From assembly GCA_965218795.1 (NCBI GenBank), contig OZ244653.1, forward strand, positions 192,001-256,000: a stretch of DNA of 64,000 nucleotides. The letters are read 5' to 3'. Source of the stretch: a bacterium (GTDB taxonomy: Bacteria; UBA8248; JACPRG01; G963555815). Made by a program: the position numbers and the translations under genes. Below the pieces are notes generated by a model. That model saw only the letters and a program-made list of their open reading frames with translations, was not told where the DNA came from and ran no database searches. Below, piece by piece: positions 20,272 to 32,474 of the stretch (position 1 is the stretch's first letter; the number at the start of each line of letters is the position of its first letter).

Positions 20272-21886
20272 ATGTTCCCCGCCCACGCGGGGATGAACCG
20301 TAATCCTCCTCAATGTGCAAGGCTATGACCTCATGTTCCCCGCCCACGCGGGGATGAACCGAAGGGTTCGGCGACGCGCCATTGAGTACCCGAATGTTCC
20401 CCGCCCACGCGGGGATGAACCGCCAGGGTAGAAACTCCGTGGCCCGCTCCGGGTATGTTCCCCGCCCACGCGGGGATGAACCGGTGCTCCGCAGACCCGA
20501 ATCGTACGTGGCGAGATGTTCCCCGCCCACGCGGGGATGAACCGGGCATGAGCAAAACCCATTTCGCCAGAGAAATATGTTCCCCGCCCACGCGGGGATG
20601 AACCGATACGGATGGGCGATTACTTGGCGGACCCATGATGTTCCCCGCCCACGCGGGGATGAACCGACGGCATGCTGAAGGAGTAAGGCGAATGACAGAT
20701 GTTCCCCGCCCACGCGGGGATGAACCGTGGCAGGTCATTGTATCCGATGAGGTTATCGAATGTTCCCCGCCCACGCGGGGATGAACCGATTGAAGGAGGT
20801 AGAAAATGCAGGGAAACGGGATGTTCCCCGCCCACGCGGGGATGAACCGACTGGGAAAATCGGACGGGTCAACGTTATTCGATGTTCCCCGCCCACGCGG
20901 GGATGAACCGACGGGAACCATCCGCCATAGACGCTGAGGATTATGTTCCCCGCCCACGCGGGGATGAACCGTTATTCAGATACGCTTTGTTTATTGCAAT
21001 CTTATGTTCCCCGCCCACGCGGGGATGAACCGTCTGGTGCCCTTTCATCCGGACCGGTGAGAAGATGTTCCCCGCCCACGCGGGGATGAACCGAATATCA
21101 ATTAGATTTAATGAATCAAGTCGTAATGTTCCCCGCCCACGCGGGGATGAACCGAAGAATATCCGTACTCACAAAGGAGGTGAACCATGTTCCCCGCCCA
21201 CGCGGGGATGAACCGACCGGCAAGATTGGAAGGGTCAACGTGATCAGATGTTCCCCGCCCACGCGGGGATGAACCGGGTTCAAGAGAAGTAGACAAAGTG
21301 CCTATGCGATGTTCCCCGCCCACGCGGGGATGAACCGTATTCGGGTCATCCAAGTTCAAGGCGGCTGCAATGTTCCCCGCCCACGCGGGGATGAACCGTC
21401 GCTTCCTGAGGCTTCCCTGAGCTTCATTAAATGTTCCCCGCCCACGCGGGGATGAACCGATTTACACCTGGTATCGTGATGCAGTTCTCCGATGTTCCCC
21501 GCCCACGCGGGGATGAACCGAAAGAAACTGCTCAATAAGAATATCCTCACTCATGTTCCCCGCCCACGCGGGGATGAACCGGAGGTCGCCCACATCCAGG
21601 CCGGCGCTGGCCGATGTTCCCCGCCCACGCGGGGATGAACCGTCCGTCCAGCGCCTTGTCGCTCCCGCACCTCGATGTTCCCCGCCCACGCGGGGATGAA
21701 CCGGAGGTGATGATGTGGCTTATCACCCGCCTCTGATGTTCCCCGCCCACGCGGGGATGAACCGACAGGAACCGGCTTGACATTCGCCCGTTTAAAATGT
21801 TCCCCGCCCACGCGGGGATGAACCGTGGCAGAAGCGATCTTTGAAGTGATCGCCCATATGTTCCCCGCCCACGTGGGGATGAACCG
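20272..21886 (+). CRISPR. Type I-E CRISPR array: 27 repeats (29 bp), 26 spacers (32 bp)
   Basis: ATGTTCCCCGCCCACGCGGGGATGAACCG at a strict 61-bp period; the last repeat (21858-21886) has one C>T change. Confidence 0.99.
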
Positions 21887-22194
21887 ACGAGGGCCGCGAG
21901 TGAGACGGACTTGGGGGCCGAGAAGGTGAGGTCCTGCCTGGGCCGGAGATGGAAGTCGCCCTCCTTGCCCCTGCGTCCGAGCCTGCGGCCGGAGCCGTCG
22001 GGCACCTTGCCCTCCAGGACCGCCTGGAAGAGGTGGGGATCGACCGGGCCTTCGAGTCCGAGGTCCGCAGCACCCCTGCCGGCCCAGACGCTCGCCTGCC
22101 GGTGGGCTAGGTCGTCCCTGGCGTAGTAGCCGTCCTTTTCGTAATAGAAGACGCCCTGGGAGGCCGAGGCCACGGCGCCGATCGAGACGACCAC
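21887..22194 (-). pseudogene. MOB-F relaxase N-terminal fragment, cut at the last CRISPR repeat
   Basis: VVSIGAV..FYYEKDGYYARDD..WAGRGA..LGLEG..RPRQDLTFSAPKSVSLAALVG, then reads into the repeat. Confidence 0.88.
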
Positions 22195-22195
22195 G

Positions 22196-24210
22196 TCAGA
22201 TCCGCCTCAAACGGCCCTGATGGGGTTTCCGTTGCGGCTCCGTGCTGTTCCCGCTCTTCCCCGGAAGCGAAGGGGCCGGATCGGCCGTACCCGTCTCGTC
22301 CTTTTCGGATTGCCTGTGGGGCCGCCTCGCGGCTTCTCCATGGGGTGTCGCTGAGGCCTGCCCGGATTCCCTCGCCTCGACTTCTTCCCGCGTCCCCTGT
22401 CCGGAACTCCGGGGATGCCTGAGCTTGAGCTCCCCTTGCCGGTCTCCGGTTGCGTCCGCTCCTTCCGATGCCTCCTCCCTGGGCACGAACCGTTCCGCCG
22501 CCCTGGGCCTGTGGACGTAGTCCAGCCCAATCCGGGCCACGGGCCAGGGTCCGGGGAACTTCAGGTACCCCTGCAGGTTCTCAAGCCGCATGATCTCCGA
22601 CGGCAGGGCCAGGGAGCGCATCTCCCGGCGCTGGGTCAGCGACACCCCGTCACGCAGCACGCTCGCCCCGTAGCTCAACCCGTGGGAGTATTCCTCCACC
22701 TCGCCCCGACCCAGGCTCTCGGCCGACCACCGGGCCGTCTCCTGGTCGGGCGCGGCCAGGACCACCCGGGTCCCGCACAGCCCGGAGATCGTCTCCGCCC
22801 CGTTCTTTCCGTAGAGGTCGCGCAAGGCCGAGATCACCTGGATCCCGAGCACGAAGCACCCTCCGAACTGGCGGGACTCGGCCAGGCCGGGCTGGAGGCT
22901 CGGCACCTGGTGGAGGGTGGGCAGCTCGTCCAGGACCACCCAGACCCTTCTGGCGTCGTCCTGATGGAGGGAGAGAAGGGCGTTCACCGCGATCTCCAGC
23001 CAGGTGGAGATGAGCCCCCTCAGGCTCGCGTGCTGGTCCCCCCTCGATGTCAGGAACAGGAACCCGGTCCCGTCCTCTCGGCTTACCCACTCCCGGATGG
23101 AGAAGGGCTCGCCCGTATCGGGCAGGTATTCCAATGCTCCCAGGTGGGCGGTCAGCATGGCCCGGACCGACAGGGCGGTCTTGGGGTTTTCGGGGTCCAC
23201 GATGGACTGGGCCACCGTGCCCTCCATGGCTTCGGCCAGGGATGTCAGGTCGGTCTTGAGCAAATGGTCGACCAGGACCCGGTTCCGGGTCTCCCCCTGC
23301 TTCCAGAGCCCGCCCGCGCCGTTGGCGAACAGCTGCCTGGCCGCCGTGACCCAGAAGGGGTCCACCGTGTCCTTCTGCTGGGGGATGAGGGCGGCCGCCA
23401 TCATGTCGAAGTCCCGGGGGGCGTCCCGGCCTCGTAGAAGGGAGACCAGCAGGGGGCCCGGGTATCGAGGGGGTTCATCAGCACGTCCCGGGCCGGATCG
23501 AAGAAGGAGCGGGTATAGCTCCCCATCTTGTCGTAGAGGATGCAGCGCTCGCCCCGGGCGCGGATCCGGGCGACGAGGTCGGAGATCAGGACGGTCTTGC
23601 CCGAGCCTGTGGTGCCCGAAACGATGGTGTGCTGGGTCTCGGCTCTCTTGGGCCAGGGGATCCCGGCGATGCGGGGGGAGGATCTACGCGCCTTGGGAGA
23701 CAAAGCCTCCATAAGACGCACGGACAGGGGCCGGACGCGCCTTCTCAGGTCCCGTGCCGTGGCCATCTCCGCTCCCCGGACCCTTTTGGCCCGGTCCAGG
23801 CGCCTTCCCCGGACAGAGAACAGGACCGCGCACAGGGCCATGCCCCCCGTTCCGAGCCACAGGCCGAGCCAAGCCTTTGAGTAGATCGTATGGAGCAGGC
23901 GTCTTCGGATCCTTTCGATCCTGGGGTCATTGGCGATATCCACGATCCTCAGGAGTGTCGTTTTGCCTTCCCTCCACTCGTACTTCTGGAGGGAGTGGCG
24001 GGAATACCCCAGTGCGAGCTTGGCCTGGGCGAGGGTGCCCGTTCCCACCAGGCGCCATTCATGGGCGGTGGTGGTTCGGAAGAGAGCTACGGAAGGGACC
24101 AGGACGATTGTCAGCGCGATGCCCAAAAGTCCCCACCTGACCAGCTGGCCCCACATGTGGACGTCGTGGGCCAGGGTCTGGCCGCCCCGGAGCGTGGCGT
24201 TGCCGAACAT
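22196..24210 (-). pseudogene. traD: Type IV coupling protein (TraD/TrwB), frameshifted near 23416-23421
   Basis: Two TM segments and Walker A SGTTGSGKT in 23401-24210; VVLDELPTL, LAESRQFGGCFVLGIQ, SEIMRL in 22196-23404. Confidence 0.88.
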
Positions 24211-24377
24211 GGCGGATCCCTCCTTGTTCCAAAGGCTAACGGCGGTTCCTGCACCGTTCCGTTGCCACGGGCCGGCAAGAGGCCGGGGCGGGCCGCAGTC
24301 CGGGTAGGGGACGCTTGGGCCGGAGAGGCCCGGTCACGTCCGAGACGCCTTGAACCTCGACCCCGGAGGAACGAACC

Positions 24378-24743
24378 ATGGCCGACCCCAATCCTTCTTG
24401 TAGCTGGCGCGCCCGGCCCTTTGTCCTGGGCGGGCTTGCCTTCGCCCTTGCCGTCACGGTCTTTGCCGTGGCCACGGGGACCGGCATCCGCCTCCTCGGA
24501 GGCGTCTGGTTCTGGGCGGCGATCTGGACCGTCCTGGCGGCCCTGGCGAGCGCCCTGCGGCAAGGGTTCCGCCATGGGGACTGGTCCGCCTTCAGGGGGT
24601 ACGACCTCACGGAAGACAACGGCGACCGGTTCGACTGGGCGACAAAGACCGGCCGCTACGCCTGGCTCCGCGACGCCGAGGACGGGGATCTCCACGACGA
24701 GGATCCCCTTCGCGGTCATGGCCCGAGCACCTGGTCTTCGTAG
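24378..24743 (+). CDS. Hypothetical membrane protein
   Basis: GGAGG RBS; two hydrophobic segments followed by an acidic tail. Confidence 0.55.
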   Translation: MADPNPSCSWRARPFVLGGLAFALAVTVFAVATGTGIRLLGGVWFWAAIWTVLAALASALRQGFRHGDWSAFRGYDLTEDNGDRFDWATKTGRYAWLRDAEDGDLHDEDPLRGHGPSTWSS

Positions 24744-25376
24744 AAGGGGCCGTCGCGGGTGCTCGTCCAGGGGCAGGTCGGAGCGGGTGCCGGGCGTTGT
24801 CATGGGAAGGAACATAAGGGGAAGGTTCGTGCTCGCCCACAGGTATCGATAGTGTATGGCCTACAGTTGGTTGACATTCCTGCGCACGTCCGCAATGGAA
24901 TGCGCGGGGGTGCGGCAAAAAACCGGGGATTACGGCAGGTGGAAGGGAAAAGATGGGTTCAGAGAGGAACAGGGACGAGAGGGAGGCGATCAGGCGGGAC
25001 CCGGTCCGGCTCAGGCTGATCTCCGCCAACCCGGACGACGCCCCGTACTCATGCTTCGCCCAGGACGTCGACGTCGTCGGCAAGGTGCTCTGAACTTTGC
25101 GTCAGGTGAGAGAAAAAACGCCGCAGGGCGTTCCCGTCCCCCTCCCTGGCCACTCAAGTCAAGCGACCGGGCGATGCAAACCGTTTTGTATCCGGTGGTC
25201 AGCCCGCGCGGTTCCTGTCGCGGGCCGTGCACGGCATCGGTCAGGGCGCTGTATCGCTTGGGCGAAGAGACGAGCCGGAGCCCGGCGAGGCTACCGCCCG
25301 CGTCGCGCACCAGCGCCGCGAACGCCGGCACGCCGGGCGCTCCGGTCCCGCGGGGCGCGGAGGGAACGCCCCGCCG

Positions 25377-28300
25377 TCACCAGCGGATCGTGCCGCGCAG
25401 CATCAAGCCGTGCTCGGGCGCGTCGTCGTTGGCCGGCTCGCTGCGCGTGCCTTCGAGGCTGAACGTCACGTCCGGCGCCACCAGCCAGCGCGCGCCCGTG
25501 CGCCATGACCGCCCGCCGCCGTCGGCCAGCGAGAGCCCCGCATAGGGCGTCACCAGCCCGAGGCCGCGCGGCACGCCCAGACCGTAGCCGAGCTCGGCCT
25601 CCAGACGGCGCTCCGCCTCGAACGCTTCCTCACGCACCAGCCCCGCCGCGTCGCGCGCCGACCACAGACGCTCCACGCCGCTCGACGGCGTCCCCCACAC
25701 CGGCGCCAGCGTCAGCGAGAGGCCCCGCCCCGAGGCGCCTGGGTCGAACCGCACCGAGCCGCCCGCGCCCCACTCCTCGTAAGACCCGTCCTCGTGCGCG
25801 ATGAGCGCGCGAACGCTCGCCTCCACCGTCAGGCCCGAGCCCGCGTCGGCGAAGCGGATCCGCCCGCCGACCTCGATTCCGGTCCCCGTCTCCGCGTCAC
25901 CGCCGTCGTGGCGCAGGCCCACCTCCAGGCCCGGCGTCAGCGCCACGCCCTCGCCCAGCGCGAACGCCCGCCCGGCCTCCAGCACCAGCCGCAGCCGGCT
26001 CGCATCGGCCTTCGTGGCCACCGTGTTCGCCGCCTTCTCCGACTCCATCCGCACCCAGAACGCGTCGCCGCGAAGCGCCAGGTCGATCCCGCCGGTCTCG
26101 CCCGCCTCCAGCACCGCGCCCCGCGCACCCGCGGCGCCGAGTCGCATCGAGAGGTCGGTGCGCACGGACGAGTTGCCCCGGACCGTCATGTCGCCCGTGC
26201 CGTAGCCCAGGAGGCCCCAGGCCGAGAGCCGATCGCTCAGCGTCACCCGCACGTAGGGGTTCACGCTCGTGAGCGTGCTCTCGATCTTGCCCGAATCCAC
26301 GTCCGGCTGGTCGAAGGCGCCCTTGCCCCTGCTCACCGAGACCGCCACGCCCGCGAGCCAGCGCTCCCATTGGGCGTCGGCACCCAGGATCCCGGTCGTC
26401 ACCTCGCCGTCCAGGCGCACCTTGCCCTTGTCGGCCGGCGCCTTGGCGTCAAAGCCGCCCACCGTCACCCGGCCCCAGGCCGCGAAGCCCGGTCCCCCGT
26501 CCTCGCCGCTCCCGGCCGTAAGGTGGAACGAGCTGCCGAGCAGAAGCTCGCGCCCGGTCAGGGTCCGCGACGTGGCGCCGGCCGTGTCCAGGTCCGCCCG
26601 GGAGCCGGACCGCGCCTCAACGTCTTCCGCGCCCGGGGCCCCGGCAAGCGCCCGCCGGGCGTCGACGGTCCCGGCCGACAGGTCGATGCTCCGACCGCCC
26701 AGCGTCACCCGCGAGCCCTGGGGCGGACCTGACAGGCGTCCGGACACCGCGTCCACCACCTGGCCCGCCACCGTGCGCCCGAAGCGCGACAGCCACATCT
26801 TCTGCAACGGATCGGAGTTCTCGATGGCGCCCGTCGCGACCCCGTCGGCGATCACCGCCCCCGAGGCGCTCGTGAGCCGGAGCGTGAAGGTCTCCTCGCC
26901 CTCGTCCACCGCGTCGTCCAGCACCGGCACCGAGACCGTCTTCGCCGTCTCGCCCGGATCGAAGCTGAGCGCGCCGCCGCTGCGCGTATAGTCCTCGCCC
27001 GCGGTCGCCGTCCCGTCGGCGGTCGCATAGGCCACCGCCACCGTCACCGATGCCGCCCGGCTCAGCGTCACCGCGAAGTCGATGGTCTCGTCCGCGCCTT
27101 CCCTGGCCCGCGCGTCCGCCACCGACACCGCCACAGGACCCCGCACCGTCGTCGAGATGGTGTTCGACAGCGCGCGGCCGTCCGACGTGCAGACCGCCGC
27201 CGGGGTCCGGCAGGCCGCCCCGGCCGCGAGCGTCACCGTCACGTCCGCCAGCGAGTCCGGCTCGACCGTCACCTGCCACAGGTCCCGGCGCCGGTCCACC
27301 CGGCTGGCCGACGTCGCCCGGCCCCCGGCCACCGCCACCACGTCCTCGCGCAACCGCCGGCCGTTCATCCACCCGATCCGCTCGCTGAACGCGATCCTGA
27401 ACGTGAACGCGCTCTCCCCGTCATGCTCCGCCGGCACGTCCTCGAACGACGCCGTCAGCGGCGCCTCCTCCGGGTCCGTGTTCGACTCCCGCGCCTCGTC
27501 GTTCCGAATCGTGCCCACCGCCTCGTAGTTCTTGACGCTCGCGCCGGTGACATTGCTCAGCAGCAGCTTGAACGTCTCCCCGCCGTCTTCATCCGCGTCG
27601 TCCCGGATCGGCACCTCCACCGTCTTCTCGTACTCGCCCCGGGCAAACGTCAGCGTGCCGCGCGTCTCCGTGTAGTCGGATCCCGCCTCCGCCGTGACAT
27701 CCTTCGTCCGGTAGGCAAACGTCACGCCTTCCTCACCCGGAACCCCGTCCAGTTTCACCACGAAGTTCAGGGTCGCGTCCTCGCCCTCCATCGCCTCGGC
27801 ACCGGCCACCGACAGCGCCGCGCGCTGCGCGTACTGCACCGCGCCCAGGTGACCCAGCTCCGCATCGTAGCCCCGCTCGTTGCGGACCGTGGCGCCGTTC
27901 GAGGCCAGCGTGTCGGCCACCACCTCCACCGCGCCCACCCGGCCGTCGCCGGCCGTGACCTCGTACTCGAACACCAGCGTGTTCTTTCCCGAACCGCTCA
28001 CGTACGACGCCCTGCGCGGTTGCTCGCGGTCCTCCCGGTCGCCCAGCAGCAGATCGATTGTCGGGGTGCCCCCGGTATCGTCCACCACCACCTTGTCCCG
28101 GTTCTCCGGCTCGTCGGGGGGCGTATACGGCACCGGACCCGAGAACCGGACCTTCACCCGCACCTTCTCGCCCGCCGTCCACGCGCGCCCGCTTCTGTCC
28201 ACGGTGACCTGCATCACCCGCGTGTTCGTGTACCTCGAGGCGCCGTCCCCGCCCTCCAGCGTGCGGATCGTCGCGCCCCACAGCAGCAAGCCGTCGTCCG

Positions 28301-31226
28301 CCGCCCACGCGCCCCGCGCGCCGTCCTCGGCCGCGCCCACCGTGTAGGCGAACCTCAGCGTGTCCGTCTCCGAGCCGCCCACATACGGCGCCAGCGGCGT
28401 CGACAGGGATTGGCCGTACCCCGGGCGCGCGTCGGATCTGAACGCCACCAACATGTACGGGCCCGACGGCCGGCAGGTCCCGTCGGCGTTGTAGGTCCAG
28501 CATTCCGACTTCTCCACCACCACCGGCTTGTCATAGCGCACCTCGACCACGACACGCTCCCCGGTGCTCCATACCCCGTCCGCGACCGGGCCGCTCACCA
28601 CCGTCACGCTGCGGATGGTCGCCGGCTCGAACGGCGAGACGTCGTCGTCGATGATCGTGCCCGTCGCCCCCGGGTCTCCAATCTGTGAGTTCGACGACAG
28701 GTTCGACAGCCGCACCGTGAAGGTCTCGTTCTCCTCGTCGGTGGCGTCGTCGGCCGTCGCGACGTTGAACGTTCCTGTCCTCGACCCCGCCGCGACCGTC
28801 ACCGTCCCTCTCGTGGTCGACCCGAGATCCGCCGCCGCCGCCGTGTCGCCGCGTTCGATCGAGGCCGTCCAGTCCGCCGTCACGTCCGTCCCGGTCGTCT
28901 TCGAGAGCTGCACCGTGAAGGTCATGTCCTCGCCCTCCTCGGCCTGCGCGTCCCACACGCTCACCAAAGTCAGCTTCGGCACCGTGACCGTGTAGGTGGC
29001 CGTCCCCTGGTTGTAGTCGGCGCTCGACGCCGCGGTGGCGGTAATCACGCACTCGCCCACTCCCGCGAGCGTCAGGGCGCCCGTGGACGGGTCCACCGTG
29101 CACACACCCTCGGGCGCCGCCGAGTAGCTCAAGGTGGTCTGCACCCCGGTAGGGGGGGTGACGGTCGGAGCGGTGTCGCCATGGGTCACCGAGGCGGGGC
29201 TGTAGGCGAACCCCGTCAGCGTCTGGTCCCCCTTGGCCACCGCCGGGAAGGTGATGTCGACCGTGGCGGTGTTGCCGGCGGTGTCGGTCACCGTCACCGT
29301 GGCGGCGGCGGTGTTCGCGTCGGCCGTGTCCGGCGTCCCGTCGATGACCCCGGTGCCGGTGTCGATGTCCAGCCCCGGCGGCAGGCCCGTGGCGCCGTAG
29401 GAGGCGATGTCGGCGTCCGCGGTGCTCGGCGTCATGGCGCCGACGGCCACCCCCACCTGCAGCGACGAGGGCGCCGTGTAGGTCGCCGAAGGCGCCGCCA
29501 GGTCCACCGCGAGAGTGCGCGTCACGTCGCTCGGCGCCGTGTACCCGGTCTTGCTCGCGCTCACCGTCACCGCCACGCTCGTGCCGGTGAGGTAGGCCGC
29601 GTTCGCCGCCGCGTCCACCGACCAGGCGCCGGCGGCGGTCGAGGTCGCCGTCAGCTCCGTCGTGCCCACCGTCACGGTGACACTCACACCCCCCTGCGAG
29701 CCGGTGGCGCCCGAGATCGCGAACCCCGCCGCCTTCTCGGCGATGTTCACCGTGTCGTCACCGGCGATGGTGTCGAGGATCAGCGCCAGCGCCCCGGCCG
29801 CCTGCACCGTGACGGTGAACGCCGCGGTGGCCTCGTTGTAGTTGGCGGCGCCTGCCGCGGTGGCGGTGATGTTGCAGGCGCCCACCTCCACCAGGGTCAG
29901 GGCGCCCGTGGACGGGTCCACCGTGCACACCGTGGCCGGCGTGGCCGAGTACGCCAGGGTGGTCTGCACCCCGCCCGGCGCCGTCACCGCCGGGACGGTG
30001 TCGCCATAGGTCACCGTGGCGGGGCTGTAGGCGAACCCCGTCAGCGTCTGGTCCCCCTTGGCCACCGCCGGGAAGGTGATGTCGACCGTGGCGGTGTTGC
30101 CGGCGGTGTCGGTCACCGTCACCGTGGCGGCGGCGGTGTTCGCGTCGGCCGTGTCCGGCGTCCCGTCGATGACCCCGGTGCCGGTGTCGATGTCCAGCCC
30201 CGGCGGCAGGCCCGTGGCGCCGTAGGAGGCGATGTCGGCGTCCGCGGTGCTCGGCGTCATGGCGCCGACGGCCACCCCCACCTGCAGCGACGAGGGCGCC
30301 GTGTAGGTCGCCGAAGGCGCCGCCAGGTCCACCGCGAGAGTGCGCGTCACGTCGCTCGGCGCCGTGTACCCGGTCTTGCTCGCGCTCACCGTCACCGCCA
30401 CGCTCGTGCCGGTGAGGTAGGCCGCGTTCGCCGCCGCGTCCACCGACCAGGCGCCGGCGGCGGTCGAGGTCGCCGTCAGCTCCGTCGTGCCCACCGTCAC
30501 GGTGACACTCACACCCCCCTGCGAGCCGGTGGCGCCCGAGATCGCGAACCCCGCCGCCTTCTCGGCGATGTTCACCGTGTCGTCACCGGCGATCGCGTCG
30601 AGGGTCAGCGCCAGCGCCCCGGCCGCCTGCACCGTGACGGTGAACGCCGCGGTGGCCTCGTTGTAGTTGGCGGCGCCTGCCGCGGTGGCGGTGATGTTGC
30701 AGGCGCCCACCTCCACCAGGGTCAGGGCGCCCGTGGACGGGTCCACCGTGCACACCGTGGCCGGCGTGGCCGAGTACGCCAGGGTGGTCTGCACCCCGCC
30801 CGGCGCCGTCACCGCCGGGACGGTGTCGCCATAGGTCACCGTGGCGGGGCTGTAGGCGAACCCCGTCAGCGTCTGGTCCCCCTTGGCCACCGCCGGGAAG
30901 GTGATGTCGACCGTGGCGGTGTTGCCGGCGGTGTCGGTCACCGTCACCGTGGCGGCGGCGGTGTTCGCGTCGGCCGTGTCCGGCGTCCCGTCGATGACCC
31001 CGGTGCCGGTGTCGATGTCCAGCCCCGGCGGCAGGCCCGTGGCGCCGTAGGAGGCGATGTCGGCGTCCGCGGTGCTCGGCGTCATGGCGCCGACGGCCAC
31101 CCCCACCTGCAGCGACGAGGGCGCCGTGTAGGTCGCCGAAGGCGCCGCCAGGTCCACCGCGAGAGTGCGCGTCACGTCGCTCGGCGCCGTGTACCCGGTC
31201 TTGCTCGCGCTCACCGTCACCGCCAC
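25377..31226 (-). CDS. Giant adhesin / autotransporter-like surface protein, C-terminal part (Ig-like repeats, three Calx-beta domains, beta-barrel)
   Basis: [21 protein letters not shown] (putative Ig), [29 protein letters not shown] (Calx-beta), WLSRFGRT linker, amphipathic beta strands ending MLRGTIRW. Confidence 0.85.
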   Translation of the reverse strand: MAVTVSASKTGYTAPSDVTRTLAVDLAAPSATYTAPSSLQVGVAVGAMTPSTADADIASYGATGLPPGLDIDTGTGVIDGTPDTADANTAAATVTVTDTAGNTATVDITFPAVAKGDQTLTGFAYSPATVTYGDTVPAVTAPGGVQTTLAYSATPATVCTVDPSTGALTLVEVGACNITATAAGAANYNEATAAFTVTVQAAGALALTLDAIAGDDTVNIAEKAAGFAISGATGSQGGVSVTVTVGTTELTATSTAAGAWSVDAAANAAYLTGTSVAVTVSASKTGYTAPSDVTRTLAVDLAAPSATYTAPSSLQVGVAVGAMTPSTADADIASYGATGLPPGLDIDTGTGVIDGTPDTADANTAAATVTVTDTAGNTATVDITFPAVAKGDQTLTGFAYSPATVTYGDTVPAVTAPGGVQTTLAYSATPATVCTVDPSTGALTLVEVGACNITATAAGAANYNEATAAFTVTVQAAGALALILDTIAGDDTVNIAEKAAGFAISGATGSQGGVSVTVTVGTTELTATSTAAGAWSVDAAANAAYLTGTSVAVTVSASKTGYTAPSDVTRTLAVDLAAPSATYTAPSSLQVGVAVGAMTPSTADADIASYGATGLPPGLDIDTGTGVIDGTPDTADANTAAATVTVTDTAGNTATVDITFPAVAKGDQTLTGFAYSPASVTHGDTAPTVTPPTGVQTTLSYSAAPEGVCTVDPSTGALTLAGVGECVITATAASSADYNQGTATYTVTVPKLTLVSVWDAQAEEGEDMTFTVQLSKTTGTDVTADWTASIERGDTAAAADLGSTTRGTVTVAAGSRTGTFNVATADDATDEENETFTVRLSNLSSNSQIGDPGATGTIIDDDVSPFEPATIRSVTVVSGPVADGVWSTGERVVVEVRYDKPVVVEKSECWTYNADGTCRPSGPYMLVAFRSDARPGYGQSLSTPLAPYVGGSETDTLRFAYTVGAAEDGARGAWAADDGLLLWGATIRTLEGGDGASRYTNTRVMQVTVDRSGRAWTAGEKVRVKVRFSGPVPYTPPDEPENRDKVVVDDTGGTPTIDLLLGDREDREQPRRASYVSGSGKNTLVFEYEVTAGDGRVGAVEVVADTLASNGATVRNERGYDAELGHLGAVQYAQRAALSVAGAEAMEGEDATLNFVVKLDGVPGEEGVTFAYRTKDVTAEAGSDYTETRGTLTFARGEYEKTVEVPIRDDADEDGGETFKLLLSNVTGASVKNYEAVGTIRNDEARESNTDPEEAPLTASFEDVPAEHDGESAFTFRIAFSERIGWMNGRRLREDVVAVAGGRATSASRVDRRRDLWQVTVEPDSLADVTVTLAAGAACRTPAAVCTSDGRALSNTISTTVRGPVAVSVADARAREGADETIDFAVTLSRAASVTVAVAYATADGTATAGEDYTRSGGALSFDPGETAKTVSVPVLDDAVDEGEETFTLRLTSASGAVIADGVATGAIENSDPLQKMWLSRFGRTVAGQVVDAVSGRLSGPPQGSRVTLGGRSIDLSAGTVDARRALAGAPGAEDVEARSGSRADLDTAGATSRTLTGRELLLGSSFHLTAGSGEDGGPGFAAWGRVTVGGFDAKAPADKGKVRLDGEVTTGILGADAQWERWLAGVAVSVSRGKGAFDQPDVDSGKIESTLTSVNPYVRVTLSDRLSAWGLLGYGTGDMTVRGNSSVRTDLSMRLGAAGARGAVLEAGETGGIDLALRGDAFWVRMESEKAANTVATKADASRLRLVLEAGRAFALGEGVALTPGLEVGLRHDGGDAETGTGIEVGGRIRFADAGSGLTVEASVRALIAHEDGSYEEWGAGGSVRFDPGASGRGLSLTLAPVWGTPSSGVERLWSARDAAGLVREEAFEAERRLEAELGYGLGVPRGLGLVTPYAGLSLADGGGRSWRTGARWLVAPDVTFSLEGTRSEPANDDAPEHGLMLRGTIRW

Positions 31227-31238
31227 GCTCGTGCCGGT
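29190..31238 (-). repeat. Near-perfect intragenic tandem repeat, 825-bp unit, about 2.5 copies
   Basis: GTGATGTCGACCGTGGCGGT recurs at 29251, 30076 and 30901. Confidence 0.95.
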
Positions 31239-32308
31239 ATGGTGCCCTTGGCCGCGGTCAATTCACTCCCCACCCGGGCCGTGCCCGATATCGCCGGCTC
31301 ACCCGTCGCGGCGTCGTTCACCGCCGTGACGTCGATCGTCATGGTGTAGGCCGAGGCGCTCTCATCCGTGCCGTCGCTCACCTTGAAGCCGAAACTGGCG
31401 TAGTCGTCGCCGTTGGCGTTCGCCGGCGGGGTGTAGACGAGCTCGTCCGCATCGATGTCGGCCCTGGAAACCACCTGGTCCGCCGTCACCGCCGAGCCAT
31501 CGAGCATCAGGCTGCCCTTGCCGGACGCCGGCAGGGACGTAATCTCCACGCTCGCGAGCCCATCGCCCGCGTCGGTGTCGGAGAAGTTGAAGTCGCCGAC
31601 ACCGAAGGTGTAGGCCGTGTCCTCGTTCGTCGTGACCGTGCTGTTCAAGGCCGTGGGAGCGGTGTTGGCGGCCCTGACCGTTCCGCTGATTCTCATTCGA
31701 ACTATCACCGCAGAAGGGTCGCCCCAATTTGCTCCATTGTCCGAGGTAGATCGAGCGACGTTGCCGATACTCCAGTCCGGCGCGCTTTCGGAATCCTCTG
31801 CGGGCGAGAGTGTTCCTTTTGAAGAGAATCGCCCCACAGGTGCACGTATGTAGACGAAGTAATTGGTTTGTGCGGCCAGTACCGAATTCGCTGGCGCTGT
31901 GAAAGTGTTGAGGCCGGTGCTGACGGTTGTCGGGTTCAAAGCATATACTTCAGAGTCCGGAATGCCGTTCGAATCACTGTAGATCGCTACCGCTACGGAA
32001 TTATCGCTGCTCCGATCTTCTACATCAAAACTGACTGAAGAGAGCGTATACCCGGCAGGGTTTCTCCCCGTTCTGAATTGCTGGGCGTATACGTGTTGTG
32101 AATCGTCAAGCACGAAGCCGACTTGGGAGATCCCGTCGGTATTGTTCGGTGATTGCCCTGTATTACTGACGAGGATCGTCTGGGCTGAAGCGGCGGAGGC
32201 GAGCGTCGTGAGCGAACACGCGAAGACCAGGCCGACCAATGCGACCCAACGCGGCATGCTCAGAAGGGGCGCCCGCGCGACGCGTCCGTCAGCCGAGGCT
32301 GTATTCAC
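31217..32308 (-). CDS. N-terminal part of the same adhesin (signal peptide, LVSNTGQ domain, cadherin-like repeat), out of frame with the rest
   Basis: Signal-like ..[21 protein letters not shown]; [41 protein letters not shown]. Confidence 0.75.
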   Translation of the reverse strand: MNTASADGRVARAPLLSMPRWVALVGLVFACSLTTLASAASAQTILVSNTGQSPNNTDGISQVGFVLDDSQHVYAQQFRTGRNPAGYTLSSVSFDVEDRSSDNSVAVAIYSDSNGIPDSEVYALNPTTVSTGLNTFTAPANSVLAAQTNYFVYIRAPVGRFSSKGTLSPAEDSESAPDWSIGNVARSTSDNGANWGDPSAVIVRMRISGTVRAANTAPTALNSTVTTNEDTAYTFGVGDFNFSDTDAGDGLASVEITSLPASGKGSLMLDGSAVTADQVVSRADIDADELVYTPPANANGDDYASFGFKVSDGTDESASAYTMTIDVTAVNDAATGEPAISGTARVGSELTAAKGTIPARAWR

Positions 32309-32474
32309 GATTCCCGTCGGAGAGCGCGAGCAGCGCCGCGGGCCGGCCGCGGCGCTGCAGTCGATGGAGAAGGATGGCCGCCCCGAGGGGAAGGCAGGCG
32401 GTTAGGCGGCAATGGCGGGCGGCGCTCGGCGCTCTTAATGTTCATCGGACGGACAGCGTCCAACCACTTCGCAC

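Noticed and set aside
20174-21811. ORFs with repeating GSSPRGRG / RFIPAWAG / VHPRVGGEH peptides
   Set aside because: Translations of the CRISPR repeats, not genes.
20301-21857. Self-targeting spacers against this island
   Set aside because: No match to any spacer noticed by eye within the window; an exhaustive alignment was not possible.
24840-24960. Second oriT upstream of the coupling protein
   Set aside because: Only a short CATTCC/GGAATG inverted repeat, with no recognisable nic site or repeated operator.
29181-31349. 722-aa Arg/Gly-rich plus-strand ORF and other long antisense ORFs
   Set aside because: Shadow frames of high-GC genes on the opposite strand.
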